Shown piece by piece: positions 9,616 to 20,713 of a stretch of 64,000 bases of DNA. Made by a program: the position numbers and the translations under genes. Each line of letters starts with the position of its first letter. Within the stretch, counting starts at the first letter, position 1. This stretch comes from Candidatus Nomurabacteria bacterium (GTDB lineage: Bacteria > Patescibacteriota > Minisyncoccia > Phycocordibacterales > UBA9973), in contig JAPLXS010000012.1 of the NCBI GenBank assembly GCA_026395965.1, positions 115,977 through 179,976 of the forward strand, written 5' to 3'. The notes beneath the pieces are model-generated. The model did not search any database. It was not told the origin of the DNA and saw only the letters and a list, made by a program, of their open reading frames with translations.

Positions 9616-11409
9616 TTAGATTAGATTTGCTTTTATTCGACGAATACCAGCAGCTACGGCTTCTTCTTTTTGAATTTTAAATTGACCCAATTCTTTAGTA
9701 TTTTTTACATGAGGTCCACCACAAAATTCTTTTGAAATAGCCAACCCTTTTTCATCTTCAACTATATACACAGATACTATGTCTGGATATTTTGCACCAA
9801 ATTCCATCTGAGCTCCTATCTTTTCTGCTTCAGATAGTGGCATCTCATGACGAACAACACTAAGACCTCTATTTATTTTATCATTAACCCAAGCTTCTAC
9901 ATTTATCTTCTCTTCATCTGTAAGTTTATGATCACATATAAAATCCATACGTAACCGCTCTTCTGTAATATTACTACCACGTTGTTTTATGTCTTTACTT
10001 ACTATTTCTTGTAACCCAGCCAAAAGTAGATGATGAGCAGTATGTAGTTTTATTGTTTTGTCGTTGTGATTTGCGAGTCCTCCTTTGAACATACCAGCAG
10101 AAGCAGTTTGAGAAAGTTTTTGATGTACTTTCATTTCTATATTAAATTTTTCAATATCATCAGAATTAAAATAAATGCCTTTTTCTTTTAAAAATTCTAC
10201 TATTAATTCTACAGGAAACCCATACGTTGTATATAATACAAATGCATCATATCCAGTGATTTTTTTATTTTCATTAAGTAAAACATTAAAATGTTTTACA
10301 CCATCATGAAGAGTTTTTCTAAATTTTATTTCTTCATTATTTATTTCTTCAAGAATTTTTTTAGAATTTAATTCAATATCATTATAAAAAGTTTTGTATT
10401 TAGATATTACAGTTTCAGCAATAAGCATCAAAGAATTATTTTTGAATCCTAGCTGATCAGCAAATCTAACAGCTCTTCTTAAAAGTCTTCTTAGTACATA
10501 ACCTCTATCTGAATTTGATGATATAACTCCATCATTTATCATAAAAACGCTTGATCTTACGTGATCAGCGACTATACGTCTTTCTCTTAGATTATCAATA
10601 TTTACATTGCTTGATAATGAATTGATTTGATTCATAATTTCTTCAAATAAATCAGTATCATATGCCGTACGCTTATTTTGCATAATAGCAGTCATTCTCT
10701 CTACTCCTGCTCCAGTATCTACATTTTTTTGTTTTAATTTACCTATAACTTCTCCATCCTTTTTTTCATATTCCATAAAAACATCATTCCAGATTTCTAT
10801 TAAATCTTCTGTTTTTACAGCATTGATAAATTCATCTTTTGATAAATCTCCAACTTTATTTTCTGTCATATCATAAAACATTTCACTGCATGGGCCGCAT
10901 GGTCCATTTTCCCCGGGGCTCCACCAGTTATCATCAGCTTCTAAAAAATAAATACGGCTCTCAGGAATTCCAAGGCTTTTCCATATTTCAAATGATTCAA
11001 TATCTCGTGGTGCATTTTTGTCACCTTCAAAACAAGTGATATAGAGTAAATTTGGATTTAAACCCAATCCCTCTTCTTTGGAAGTTAAAAATTCATAACT
11101 CCAAGTAATAGCTTCGTTTTTAAAATAATCTCCGAGTGACCAGTTCCCCATCATTTCAAAAAATGAAAAATGTCTATTGTCTCCAATACTATCTAGATCC
11201 CCTGTTCTGACACATTTTTGGATATTAGCTATTTTTTTACCCATTGTATGCTCCTGCCCAAGTAAATAAGGCACCAATGGTTGCATACCAGCTGTATTAA
11301 ATAAAACAGATGGGTCATTATCTGGCAAAAGAGAAGCGGAGTGGATTATATTGTGACCCCGTTTTTCGAAAAATTTTAAAAACCTTGTTCGTATTTCACT
11401 TGAGTGCAT
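9616..11409 (-). CDS. alaS: Alanine--tRNA ligase, short form lacking the C-terminal C-Ala/DHHA1 region
   Basis: N-terminal MHSSEIRTRFLKFFEKRGH...FNTAGMQP class II catalytic core. Editing-domain HxxxH (HTAHHLL) and the CGGPHV Zn motif are present. Only 597 aa versus ~870 typical. Confidence 0.85.
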   Translation of the reverse strand: MHSSEIRTRFLKFFEKRGHNIIHSASLLPDNDPSVLFNTAGMQPLVPYLLGQEHTMGKKIANIQKCVRTGDLDSIGDNRHFSFFEMMGNWSLGDYFKNEAITWSYEFLTSKEEGLGLNPNLLYITCFEGDKNAPRDIESFEIWKSLGIPESRIYFLEADDNWWSPGENGPCGPCSEMFYDMTENKVGDLSKDEFINAVKTEDLIEIWNDVFMEYEKKDGEVIGKLKQKNVDTGAGVERMTAIMQNKRTAYDTDLFEEIMNQINSLSSNVNIDNLRERRIVADHVRSSVFMINDGVISSNSDRGYVLRRLLRRAVRFADQLGFKNNSLMLIAETVISKYKTFYNDIELNSKKILEEINNEEIKFRKTLHDGVKHFNVLLNENKKITGYDAFVLYTTYGFPVELIVEFLKEKGIYFNSDDIEKFNIEMKVHQKLSQTASAGMFKGGLANHNDKTIKLHTAHHLLLAGLQEIVSKDIKQRGSNITEERLRMDFICDHKLTDEEKINVEAWVNDKINRGLSVVRHEMPLSEAEKIGAQMEFGAKYPDIVSVYIVEDEKGLAISKEFCGGPHVKNTKELGQFKIQKEEAVAAGIRRIKANLI

Positions 11410-11437
11410 TTATACATAATACATCAAAAAGCTTAAT

Positions 11438-11470
11438 TTAAAAAGCCCTCCGGGGATTTCTCGGAGGGCT
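11438..11470. terminator. Rho-independent terminator hairpin (bidirectional) downstream of the MgtC-family gene
   Basis: aaaaAGCCCTCCGgggatttctCGGAGGGCTttttttt. Confidence 0.65.
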
Positions 11471-11474
11471 TTTT

Positions 11475-11957
11475 TTAATTAGTATCTAATGATGTATTTT
11501 CTTTAAAATACTTTGTTTTTTTAAGTTGTTGTTCTACAAACCATAATATTGTAAAAATAAACAATGTAAAAGTAGTCGCAATAATAGCAATACTGTAAAG
11601 TTTAAAACCTGCAGCCATTCCAATACCTGCTGATACCCACAAACCAGTCGCAGTAGTAAGACCTATCATTTTTGATTCTTTAGAAAAAATTAAACCTGAA
11701 CCAATAAAACCAACACCAACAACTATTTGTGCAATAATCATAAGTGGGTTAAGACCTGAAAATCCAGCGTAGTATCTAACCATTTCATTTGATACGATAA
11801 CAAATAAAGCAGAACCCATAGAAACAAGAGCATATGTTCTCATGCCTGCTGTTTTGTGCGCCCATACACGTTCAATTCCGATAATCATACCTAAAGACAA
11901 AGCTACACCTAGACGAACCATAATATCAATTGTTGTTATATCAAATATTTTTTCCAT
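11475..11957 (-). CDS. MgtC/SapB-family membrane protein
   Basis: 160 aa with 4-5 TM helices. N-terminal RLGVALSLGMIIGIERVWAHKTAGMRTYALVSMGSALF matches the MgtC family signature. Confidence 0.7.
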   Translation of the reverse strand: MEKIFDITTIDIMVRLGVALSLGMIIGIERVWAHKTAGMRTYALVSMGSALFVIVSNEMVRYYAGFSGLNPLMIIAQIVVGVGFIGSGLIFSKESKMIGLTTATGLWVSAGIGMAAGFKLYSIAIIATTFTLFIFTILWFVEQQLKKTKYFKENTSLDTN

Positions 11958-11981
11958 ATGTAATATAGTATATCAAATTAT

Positions 11982-13058
11982 TTAAATAACTACACCACCA
12001 CCCAAACAAATATTGTCATTAAAAATAACAATTGACTGACCACTAGATACCAATATAGATTTATCAAAATTTACTAATGCGCAATTATCTTTTAGAATAC
12101 TTAACGTACAATTAACAATTTCTCCATGATAACGAATCTGAGCAGTATACTTTTTGCCATCTTCTGGTTTATTATTTATCCAGTTTGTATTTATTAAATT
12201 ATATTTACTAAATTTTTCACTTATTGTATTTATATGAATATCAGAAACAGTAATAGTATTTTCTTTTATATCTTTTGCAACAACATAAAATGGTTTACTG
12301 TTATTTGCATGTTTTGTAAGCATAAAACCATGCCTTTCTCCCAGTGTAAAAAATACCGCTCCGTCGTGGACGCCTACGATTTTACCTTTATTATTTAAAA
12401 CATTACCTTTTTTTGATTCAATATAATGACCGAGAAAGTCTTTCATATCTAATGGTCCCAAGAAACACACACCCTGACTATCTTTTTTTGTAGCTGTAGG
12501 TAGATTATATTTCAATGCTTTTTTTCTAACTTCTGTTTTTTCTAGATGTCCTACCGGAAACAAAGTATGAGCCAAGTCATCCTGAGTCAAAGTCCATAGG
12601 AAATATGATTGATCTTTAGATAAATCTTTTCCTTTTTTTAATTCGTAATTCTTATTTTTTAATTCATAATCATTCTGAGCATAGTGACCTGTTGCGATAA
12701 AATCTGCACCATTGTCTTTTGCAAATTTCAAAAATACCCCAAACTTTACTTCGCGATTACACATAACATCTGGATTTGGAGTATTACCTTTTCTATATTC
12801 TTCTATCATATAATCAGCTACTCCTTCCTTATATTCTTTTTCAGCGTCGCATTCTAAAAATGGTATTCCAAGGTGTGCGCATACACGCATAGCATCGCGT
12901 CGTTCATCTTGCCAAGTACATTTTATAAAGTCTGGTGTCCAAGTGCGTATAAAAACACCAACGACAGTATATCCTTGTTCTATTAAAATCGCAGCTGAGA
13001 CAGACGAATCTACTCCTCCTGATACTCCTACAAATACTGTTTTATTATTTTTAATCAT
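11982..13058 (-). CDS. mnmA: tRNA-specific 2-thiouridylase MnmA
   Basis: PP-loop VGVSGGVDSSVSAAIL. Conserved Cys residues (C..C..FLG) and C-terminal barrel; 358 aa. Confidence 0.88.
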   Translation of the reverse strand: MIKNNKTVFVGVSGGVDSSVSAAILIEQGYTVVGVFIRTWTPDFIKCTWQDERRDAMRVCAHLGIPFLECDAEKEYKEGVADYMIEEYRKGNTPNPDVMCNREVKFGVFLKFAKDNGADFIATGHYAQNDYELKNKNYELKKGKDLSKDQSYFLWTLTQDDLAHTLFPVGHLEKTEVRKKALKYNLPTATKKDSQGVCFLGPLDMKDFLGHYIESKKGNVLNNKGKIVGVHDGAVFFTLGERHGFMLTKHANNSKPFYVVAKDIKENTITVSDIHINTISEKFSKYNLINTNWINNKPEDGKKYTAQIRYHGEIVNCTLSILKDNCALVNFDKSILVSSGQSIVIFNDNICLGGGVVI

Positions 13059-13119
13059 TTTAAATTAGCTATTTTAAAAAACAAAGAACTTATTTTATAA
13101 CCTAATTCTTAATTCTTAA

Positions 13120-14001
13120 TTAAATTTTGCTCCATCTTGCGAAAATTCCACAAGGAAGAAGTCTTTCTTCATTACTTTCTTCTATTACAAGTTCACCTAT
13201 TTCTATTTCACCTTTATATTCTTTCATTATATCCTTTAGATTATTTTCATAAGCAATAGATGAATATCCTGCTGTATAACCATTTATTATTATAAACAAT
13301 GGATCATCTGAAAGCACCTCTTTACATAATTTCATTAACAACAGGAAGTGTTCTTCAATCTTCCAAAGTTCATCTTTAGGCCCATGACCAAAAGACGGAG
13401 GATCCATTATTATAGCATCATATTTTCTTCCTCTTTTTATTTCTCTTTTTAAAAACACTAAAACATCATCTACTATCCATCTTATAGGTGCGTTTTCTAA
13501 TCCTGAAAGTTGCGCATTTACACGAGCCCACTCTACTGCTGTTTTAGAACCGTCTACATGACACACTTCTGCTCCAGCTTTTGCAGCTGCGAGTGTAGCT
13601 CCTCCGGTATATCCAAACAAATTTAAAACACTAACTTTTTTTTCATTATTATTTTTTAATTGATGACCTTTAATCATCTTAAGAGTCCATTGCCAATTTG
13701 GAAGTTGCTCAGGAAAAAGACCAGTATGTTTAAAAGAAGTAGGACGAATAGAAAAATTTAAGTCACCAAATAATATATTCCAATTTCTAGGTGTTCCTTC
13801 TTTTGTTATCCATTTAGTTTTATTATTATTTCGTACAAACCGTAGTTCTGCTTTATCCCAAAATAATAAATTGTGTCTTTTTTCCCATAGTGCTTCTGGA
13901 TCTGGACGTCTTAAAATATATGGACCATATCTTTCCAATTTTTCACCATTACCACTATCTAGTAATTCATAGTCTTTTTGTTTTTTTGTTTTTAAAATCA
14001 T
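13120..14001 (-). CDS. Class I SAM-dependent (rRNA) methyltransferase, RlmI/RlmK-like
   Basis: SAM-binding motif VLNLFGYTGGATLAAAKAGA and catalytic IIMDPPSFG (DPP motif). Confidence 0.7.
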   Translation of the reverse strand: MILKTKKQKDYELLDSGNGEKLERYGPYILRRPDPEALWEKRHNLLFWDKAELRFVRNNNKTKWITKEGTPRNWNILFGDLNFSIRPTSFKHTGLFPEQLPNWQWTLKMIKGHQLKNNNEKKVSVLNLFGYTGGATLAAAKAGAEVCHVDGSKTAVEWARVNAQLSGLENAPIRWIVDDVLVFLKREIKRGRKYDAIIMDPPSFGHGPKDELWKIEEHFLLLMKLCKEVLSDDPLFIIINGYTAGYSSIAYENNLKDIMKEYKGEIEIGELVIEESNEERLLPCGIFARWSKI

Positions 14002-14002
14002 A

Positions 14003-14941
14003 TTATTTAAGATAATTGTTTATATTTCGTTTGTGTTCTTCGAATGTCTTTGCATAATGTACATTACCATTTTTATCATGAAGATAATATAGATATACTG
14101 AATCTATAGGATTCACAGCAGCTTCAATAGAAGATAAACCTGGATTATTTAAGGGTTTTACGGGAAGTCCCTTTGAGGTATAAGTAGATTTTTCGATATC
14201 TACTTGTAGCGGCATTCCAATAGAAATTCTTTTCCATAAAATTCCAGATATAATACCAATATCTTCTTTTCCATTTGCTTCACCTTCCAATATTGAAGCC
14301 ATTATTACTACCGATGATAGATTTTTATTACTAAATGCTAAATATGAATTTATTTTCTTTGTTCTACTATAAAAATTATTTGATAATTTATTTATTATTT
14401 CATCTGTAGTATCAAGTGGAAATAGAAAATATGTATCTGGGAATAAATATCCTTGCTTGTCTTCTACTTTAGATAGAAAATCTTCTATTTTAAAAACAGA
14501 CAATTTACCTGAGAGTAAATTTGCAATCTCAATATTTGTTAATCCCTCACGAATTGTAATTTTGATAGGTTTTATGTTGTGATAACCCCTACCCACTTGA
14601 AGAGCTACTTCCCACACTGATGAGTTTTTAAAAATCAAATAATCCCCAGAAACAACTCCTTGGCCAGATTTTAAAATTTTAATAAATAATTTTAAAACAA
14701 ATTCATTTCTAATTATATTTTTATTATGTAATTCTTGTGCTACATAATCCACAGAATCACCATCTTTGATATGTATAACAATATCTTTACTACTAAAAGG
14801 AGCAGACAAAAATAAAAAAATAATTAAAATAGAAAAAAATGAAATTAAAACAACTTTCCATTTTTTATTTTTATTTATTTTATTTGTATCTATTATTTCA
14901 TCAACATTATCCATCCTATATTTTAAAAAATAAATTATCAA
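14003..14941 (-). CDS. mltG: Endolytic murein transglycosylase MltG (YceG family)
   Basis: N-terminal TM helix, then a YceG-like domain including ...GLPVKPLNNPGLSSIEAAVNP and a conserved catalytic Glu region (LEGEAN). Confidence 0.75.
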   Translation of the reverse strand: MIIYFLKYRMDNVDEIIDTNKINKNKKWKVVLISFFSILIIFLFLSAPFSSKDIVIHIKDGDSVDYVAQELHNKNIIRNEFVLKLFIKILKSGQGVVSGDYLIFKNSSVWEVALQVGRGYHNIKPIKITIREGLTNIEIANLLSGKLSVFKIEDFLSKVEDKQGYLFPDTYFLFPLDTTDEIINKLSNNFYSRTKKINSYLAFSNKNLSSVVIMASILEGEANGKEDIGIISGILWKRISIGMPLQVDIEKSTYTSKGLPVKPLNNPGLSSIEAAVNPIDSVYLYYLHDKNGNVHYAKTFEEHKRNINNYLK

Positions 14942-14963
14942 TTAACCTTTTTACCTATATAAA

Positions 14964-16304
14964 TTATATAGGTAAATTTGAAGGTGGTTTTGCTATCTTT
15001 GACTCTATACGTTTAAAGCTTGGAGTTTCAGAAACCATACCTGGGAAGTGAAATATAGTAGCAAGTTCTTCTGTTGAAAGAACAATAATCTCAGGCTTAT
15101 GTGAGGGAAAAAATATCGAAAAGATTGCTGGATACTTTATACTATTTTGTAATGGCGGATGGAAGAATGTTCTTAAGCGATAAAAATCTAGCATACGTTT
15201 CTTTACTTTATCAAGAGCAAGCCCTGTGGGATCAGACCACGGTGCATCAAACTGAGTAGCGTTTATACGATTAAATTCATTTGAGAAAGGTTGAGAATAT
15301 TGACGAAATATTAAACGAGCTGAGCGTCTTAGATTGTTAAATTGTTCTTCAGTACAAAGTCTCTTGTCTGAAAGAGTCATAACTCGTATTCCAGTATCAA
15401 AGTGTATCAACCCCAAATGATCTGTAACAGCTTTAATAACTGGCTCCAATTGCTTTGGTATAGCTGTCATTTTTCCAAATCTACCAGCATCACTATCATC
15501 TTTTAATCCACGAGTATAAGGGGCAAGAATTTTATCCATGAATTCATTTGCTGCATCGTAAAAATCTACATGCTTACCAGTATGATGACTATGGTACATT
15601 TTAATATTTTGTCTTACTATTATTTGTATCCACATTTGCTGTCCTTTTGGAAGAGAACCTAGAAATTCAATAGTAGGAGTAATAGGGTCGATTTTAAATT
15701 CTTCTTTTATACCAGTTTTCATATCATCACCAAAATTTTTGTAGGTACGAATAGGCAAAAAATCTTCCTTTTTTTTATTAAATTCACATCCCCAAATATT
15801 CCAATCTCCGTCTTTTTTATATTGAGGAATATTAAAAGCATAATCATCTACTTCAATAACTTTTGCTTGAGGATACTGAGCATAAATCTGTGTTTCTACT
15901 AGGTCACGTATTCTAGATGGTGTACGAACATAAAAATGCACTCTTCCATCAACAGAAACCATCTCAAGAGAAAACCACATCCAAGGAGCACCTATTATAA
16001 ATTGCTCCCAAAATCCTTTTTTGCTTTGATGATAAAAAGCGTTAGTAAAAATAAGCTCCATAGCTGCAGGACTTTTTATAACATCACGTGGTACCTGTAT
16101 TTCCAATAAAACCCATTTTATACCCATTATAAAACGCTCAGTTCTGTAGTGATGCCATAGCTGGAAAGCAATATAAGCAAGAGGAATAGGCATCAAATAA
16201 CCAATAGTTACTAATAGTAATTGAATGGCATTAAAATTATTTGTGTTCAAAAAATCTTGTATCATATAGTTACTGATTAGTAAAAAGGCCAATGAGTATA
16301 GCAA
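14964..16304 (-). CDS. Hypothetical membrane protein (two N-terminal TM helices)
   Basis: 446-aa ORF with no recognisable motif. Confidence 0.45.
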   Translation of the reverse strand: MLYSLAFLLISNYMIQDFLNTNNFNAIQLLLVTIGYLMPIPLAYIAFQLWHHYRTERFIMGIKWVLLEIQVPRDVIKSPAAMELIFTNAFYHQSKKGFWEQFIIGAPWMWFSLEMVSVDGRVHFYVRTPSRIRDLVETQIYAQYPQAKVIEVDDYAFNIPQYKKDGDWNIWGCEFNKKKEDFLPIRTYKNFGDDMKTGIKEEFKIDPITPTIEFLGSLPKGQQMWIQIIVRQNIKMYHSHHTGKHVDFYDAANEFMDKILAPYTRGLKDDSDAGRFGKMTAIPKQLEPVIKAVTDHLGLIHFDTGIRVMTLSDKRLCTEEQFNNLRRSARLIFRQYSQPFSNEFNRINATQFDAPWSDPTGLALDKVKKRMLDFYRLRTFFHPPLQNSIKYPAIFSIFFPSHKPEIIVLSTEELATIFHFPGMVSETPSFKRIESKIAKPPSNLPI

Positions 16305-16387
16305 TAAAAATTAATCCGAGCACTATCATAAGTATATTGATAAAACCTTTCTGCATATTATGGTATTGTATCATATAATAAATAAAA

Positions 16388-16416
16388 AAACCCTCCAAGT
16401 TTTACTTAGAGGGATT
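16388..16416. terminator. Rho-independent terminator hairpin downstream of the 16420..17451 gene
   Basis: aaaaaaaCCCTCcaagttttacttaGAGGGattttttt. Confidence 0.6.
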
Positions 16417-16419
16417 TTT

Positions 16420-17451
16420 TTAGGCTATCGCGTATTCTCCTGTTTTATTCTTTTTGAAATATTTAGCATTTTGTAGATTAACAAGAATTGTATTTTTCTT
16501 TAAATATCTTTCTTTCATAACTTGTTCTACTATATCCTCTTTTGTCATTGGACCATTCTTTTTTATAAGTTCTTTTATTACATCACGGACTACTCCAGTT
16601 TTGTAACCCCATTCTGACAAAGCGTATATGCCTCTACCCACTAACACAAACCTTGAATCTTTTATAAGTTCGTTGTGACAAGTTGCAATGTGACATTTTT
16701 TATCAAATGTATTTGCCACTGCTTTAGCAACTTCTCTAAAATGCATAGGACTTCCATGTTTTCTCATCATCAAAAATGCATAATCCTTTACTCCTCTAGT
16801 CTTTATACTTGAAGATGTTGATTTACCCCATTCTCCTAGTGGATTTTTGCTAATCTTTTTTGATATAGAAAGCCAACGCTTAGCTATTTCTTCATTTTTG
16901 TATTGTTCAGCCAAACCTTTTACTTCATCTAGGAATCGAGCTACCAACTCACCTTCTGGAATTAATTCATCTTCAGACAAGTTTTCAAAAAGACTTTTTA
17001 ATGATTTGTGAATATTATCCGCAACATCATTATCTACACTCCAACGAGTTTTAAAATGTTCGTCTTCTTTATGTTTAGTAAATTCATCACCTAATGTTAG
17101 GTATAAATGTATATGATTTTGAGTTAGTTTATCTTTAGATAAATGACTAAGAAGCTCTTGCTCTCCTACTACTCCACCCAATGTATGTATTAGTTTTTTT
17201 AATTCCTCAAAAACATCTTTTTCGGATTTAAAAGATTCGGACTTACGAATAAGTGCTAATGCTGTATTTTCTATCTGACGAACACGCTCACGAGTAATAC
17301 CGTATTTTTGACCGATCGCTTCTAGTGTTTTTCTTTGAGTATCATCAGTAAGACCAAATCGATTAACAATCACTTCATGAGCACGTGAAGGTAAACCTGA
17401 AAGCATACGCTTAGTAACTTGTTTTGTTTTAAATGTAACTGTATTAGCCAT
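16420..17451 (-). CDS. Sigma-70 region-4-like HTH domain protein
   Basis: N-terminus LSGLPSRAHEVIVNRFGLTDDTQRKTLEAIGQKYGITRERVRQIENTALALIR is a textbook sigma-70 region 4.2 HTH. The rest (about 270 aa) is uncharacterised. Confidence 0.6.
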   Translation of the reverse strand: MANTVTFKTKQVTKRMLSGLPSRAHEVIVNRFGLTDDTQRKTLEAIGQKYGITRERVRQIENTALALIRKSESFKSEKDVFEELKKLIHTLGGVVGEQELLSHLSKDKLTQNHIHLYLTLGDEFTKHKEDEHFKTRWSVDNDVADNIHKSLKSLFENLSEDELIPEGELVARFLDEVKGLAEQYKNEEIAKRWLSISKKISKNPLGEWGKSTSSSIKTRGVKDYAFLMMRKHGSPMHFREVAKAVANTFDKKCHIATCHNELIKDSRFVLVGRGIYALSEWGYKTGVVRDVIKELIKKNGPMTKEDIVEQVMKERYLKKNTILVNLQNAKYFKKNKTGEYAIA

Positions 17452-17560
17452 TTTTATTTAAAGTTTATACTAATTAATTGATTATTTCTTTTTTTATAAT
17501 ATCATTACTATTGAATAAAGTCAAATTATTTTTGACTTTATCCGCAAAGCCCTTGTAATA

Positions 17561-19369
17561 TTACTTCTTCGATGCAACCTTGGCCTTTGATCTATTCATT
17601 TCTGTTAGTTGTTTTTTTCTTAAACGAACATTTTTGGGTGTAATTTCTAGATATTCATCATCAGCCATTATTTCTAAACCTCTTTCAATAGACAGTTTGT
17701 ATGATGGTTTAACATTTACGGCTTCGTCTGTACCAGATGAACGCATATTTGATAGCTGTTTACCTTTTGTTGGGTTTACTGCCATTTCTTCACCTTTTGT
17801 AACGTTACCAATAACCATTCCTTCGTAAACTTCATCTCCGTGCTCTACATACAATATACCTCTTTCTTGGAGTGTCCATAGTGAAAATGCAACAACTTTT
17901 CCAGAAACCATTGATGTCATTGAACCAACATCACGTTTTTTTATTTCTCCAGCATAATCCTTGAAACCTATAAATCTTGAAGCAAGTATTCCTTCGCCTT
18001 TTGTATCTACTACAAACTGACCACGATATCCAAGCAATCCTCTTGTTGGCATTTCTATAAGCATACGAACTATTCCTTCTTTTTCGTGCATGCTTGTTAT
18101 AAGACCTCTACGTGCAGTAAGTTTTTCGATAACAGCACCAGAAAATTCATTGCGGACATCTATAGTAACTTCTTCGTATGGTTCTAATTTTTTACCATTT
18201 TCTTCTTTTATAATTACGTGAGGTTGTGACACTTGAAGTTCATATCCTTCGCGACGCATATTTTCAAGCAAAATAGCAATATGTAATTCTCCACGTCCGT
18301 AGACTAGGTAACCTTCTTGAACTTCTTCTTCATCTGTACCATCAAAATTTATTTTTAGTCCTACGTTTATTTCAAGTTCTTTTTCTAAGCGCTCTCTTAT
18401 TTGTCTACTTGTTACATACTTACCCTCACGTCCACAAAAAGGAGAATCATTAACAATAAAATTCAAAGAGATAGTAGGTTCATCAATAGCGATAGATGCA
18501 AGTGCTGGAGTAGAAGCATCTGTACAAAAAGTTTCTCCTATAAATACATCTGGAATTCCAGAAACAATGGCAATATCACCAGTATTTAATACTTCTGCTT
18601 CTTTTCTTTTTATTCCATCAAAAGTAAACATTTTAGTAATTTTTGATGGACGAGAATTACCATGTGAATCCTTTACTATTATAGTAGAGCCTGTATTTAC
18701 AGAACCGGCATATGCACGAACAATAGCCAAACGTCCTAAAAAGTTGTCATAACCCAAGTTAAATACTTGTGCTTGGAAAGGTTTTTCTTTGTTTACAGAA
18801 GCTTCTTTGACTTCAGAAAGTATAAGATCAAACAATGGAGTTAAATCTTTTGAATCATCTTCTAAGTTGGTCTTTGCAATACCTTGTCTGCCGATAGCAT
18901 ACATAACTTTGAAATCTATCTGGTCTTCAGAAGCACCAAGCTCCAAAAATAGTTCCAGTATTTCATCGTGAACACGATTTGGATTTGCAGCTGGTTTATC
19001 TATTTTGTTTATTATAACAATAGGTTTAAGTCCTAATTCAAGTGACTTTTTTAAAACGAAGCGAGTTTGAGGCATAGGACCTTCTTGAGCATCAACAAGC
19101 AATAGGACTGAATCAATAGCACGAAGAACACGCTCAACTTCAGATCCGAAGTCCGCGTGGCCTGGAGTGTCAACTATATTTATCTTTGTACCTTTATATA
19201 CAACAGAAGTATTTTTTGAATAAATAGTAATACCACGTTCCAACTCTAAAGCATTTGAGTCCATAGTTACTCCTTCTTCTACCATTCCACATTGCTTCAT
19301 CATCTGGTCAGTAAGTGTTGTTTTACCATGGTCAACGTGTGCTATTATTGCGATGTTTCTTATTTCCAT
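17561..19369 (-). CDS. typA: Translational GTPase TypA/BipA
   Basis: [20 protein letters not shown]1 motif, DTPGHADF G3 motif, NKIDK G4 motif; 602 aa with a BipA-specific C-terminal domain. Confidence 0.92.
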   Translation of the reverse strand: MEIRNIAIIAHVDHGKTTLTDQMMKQCGMVEEGVTMDSNALELERGITIYSKNTSVVYKGTKINIVDTPGHADFGSEVERVLRAIDSVLLLVDAQEGPMPQTRFVLKKSLELGLKPIVIINKIDKPAANPNRVHDEILELFLELGASEDQIDFKVMYAIGRQGIAKTNLEDDSKDLTPLFDLILSEVKEASVNKEKPFQAQVFNLGYDNFLGRLAIVRAYAGSVNTGSTIIVKDSHGNSRPSKITKMFTFDGIKRKEAEVLNTGDIAIVSGIPDVFIGETFCTDASTPALASIAIDEPTISLNFIVNDSPFCGREGKYVTSRQIRERLEKELEINVGLKINFDGTDEEEVQEGYLVYGRGELHIAILLENMRREGYELQVSQPHVIIKEENGKKLEPYEEVTIDVRNEFSGAVIEKLTARRGLITSMHEKEGIVRMLIEMPTRGLLGYRGQFVVDTKGEGILASRFIGFKDYAGEIKKRDVGSMTSMVSGKVVAFSLWTLQERGILYVEHGDEVYEGMVIGNVTKGEEMAVNPTKGKQLSNMRSSGTDEAVNVKPSYKLSIERGLEIMADDEYLEITPKNVRLRKKQLTEMNRSKAKVASKK

Positions 19370-19557
19370 ATAATAATTTGTTTACTAATAATTAAATATT
19401 TCTTAATTTGTTTTTTGTCTAAATAAAAAAATATCCGCCTGAGCGGACCAGTACTAAACTGGATATCGCCATGAGCGAATGTGTTATTATAATATCATAG
19501 ATTATCCATGATGTAAACTCCCTATTTTTATTTATGGACAACAATACTCCACTAAAA

Positions 19558-19590
19558 AATCCATAGGTTTTTCCTACGGATTTTTAGTTA
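19558..19590. terminator. Terminator-like hairpin downstream of rseP
   Basis: aaaaATCCATAGGtttttCCTACGGATttttag. Confidence 0.45.
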
Positions 19591-19604
19591 AATACTATTT
19601 TATA

Positions 19605-20711
19605 TTAAAGTAATTTAATAATATCGTGGTAGGTTATCACAACCATAAGAATCATTAAAATACCAAAACCTACCATATTTATAGTATTTGCAATTTGTGG
19701 CTTTATTGGTGAACCTTTTATTTTTTCTATAAGCAAAAACAAAAGTCTTCCTCCATCTAGTGCTGGAAATGGAATTAGATTTATAACTGCAAGGTTAATA
19801 GATATAAGAGCTGTAAATGATAAAAGGTATATAAATCCAAATTTAGCTGCATCTCCTACAACCCCCACTATACCCACAGGACCAGTAAGTGATGACATAT
19901 TTCCTTGCCCAATGATTGCATTATGTATTAGATTATAAAATCCTAGTATGGTTGATACCATAATACTACAAGTTAATTTCAATCCCTCCCAGAAAGCTTT
20001 ATGTATTGGTAGTCTTAGAGTTCCTATTGTATCCATTGAAATACCTATCATTGCTACATCACTTTTGGTATTTATCTTTGGTGTTACAAGTATCTCTTTT
20101 GATTCTTTTCCTCTTACAATAGATACTTTTATTTCTTCATTTCCATGTTTTTTTATAAATGATTGTAATTCCTCAGATGAGAGATTTGATGGGGAAAATA
20201 AAACGGAATCGGCTTTAGTTACAAGTGAAGATATTTTATCTCCAACTTTTAGACCTCCTAGTGATGCAGGAGAATTTGTTAAAACACTTGTGATGGTTAG
20301 TGCTTGATTTTCAATAGTAGCACCAGCTGGTACTGAACCAAGTGAAGTAGGAAGACCCGACATAAAACCTACAGAGAGAAGCAACCATGCTACTAAAAAG
20401 TTCATAGTAACTCCAGCAAATAAAACTGCAGCTTGTATATATCTAGGTTTGTTTATAAAACTTCTTTTACTATCTGGTCCATTTAAAGACTCTTCATCTG
20501 GATTCTCTCCAAATATTTTTACATAACCACCTACTGGTAATAGATTGAAATTATATGTTGTTTCCCCTATTTTTTTACCAAAAAGTTTTGGTGGAAATCC
20601 AAAAGAAAATTCATCTACTCTTATTCCTGATTTTTTAGCAACTATAAAATGACCAAATTCATGAGAAACTACTAAAACAAGTAATATTGTAATAAAAATT
20701 ATTATACTCAT
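19605..20711 (-). CDS. rseP: Site-2 protease RseP (zinc metalloprotease)
   Basis: HEFGHFIVAK (HExxH) in the first TM helix, a PDZ domain and a C-terminal LDGG motif (PALDGGRLL). Confidence 0.9.
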   Translation of the reverse strand: MSIIIFITILLVLVVSHEFGHFIVAKKSGIRVDEFSFGFPPKLFGKKIGETTYNFNLLPVGGYVKIFGENPDEESLNGPDSKRSFINKPRYIQAAVLFAGVTMNFLVAWLLLSVGFMSGLPTSLGSVPAGATIENQALTITSVLTNSPASLGGLKVGDKISSLVTKADSVLFSPSNLSSEELQSFIKKHGNEEIKVSIVRGKESKEILVTPKINTKSDVAMIGISMDTIGTLRLPIHKAFWEGLKLTCSIMVSTILGFYNLIHNAIIGQGNMSSLTGPVGIVGVVGDAAKFGFIYLLSFTALISINLAVINLIPFPALDGGRLLFLLIEKIKGSPIKPQIANTINMVGFGILMILMVVITYHDIIKLL

Positions 20712-20713
20712 AC

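Noticed and set aside
9616-11409. alaS as a pseudogene (truncated)
   Set aside because: The ORF is uninterrupted with intact catalytic and editing motifs and a clean stop followed by a terminator. Short AlaS forms are plausible in reduced genomes
19400-19500. Small hairpins (tccgc-ctga-gcgga; ccagt-actaa-actgg) between typA and rseP as a possible sRNA
   Set aside because: They are short stems without a terminator or promoter signal, so the evidence is insufficient. The terminator-like hairpin at 19558-19590 explains the region's role
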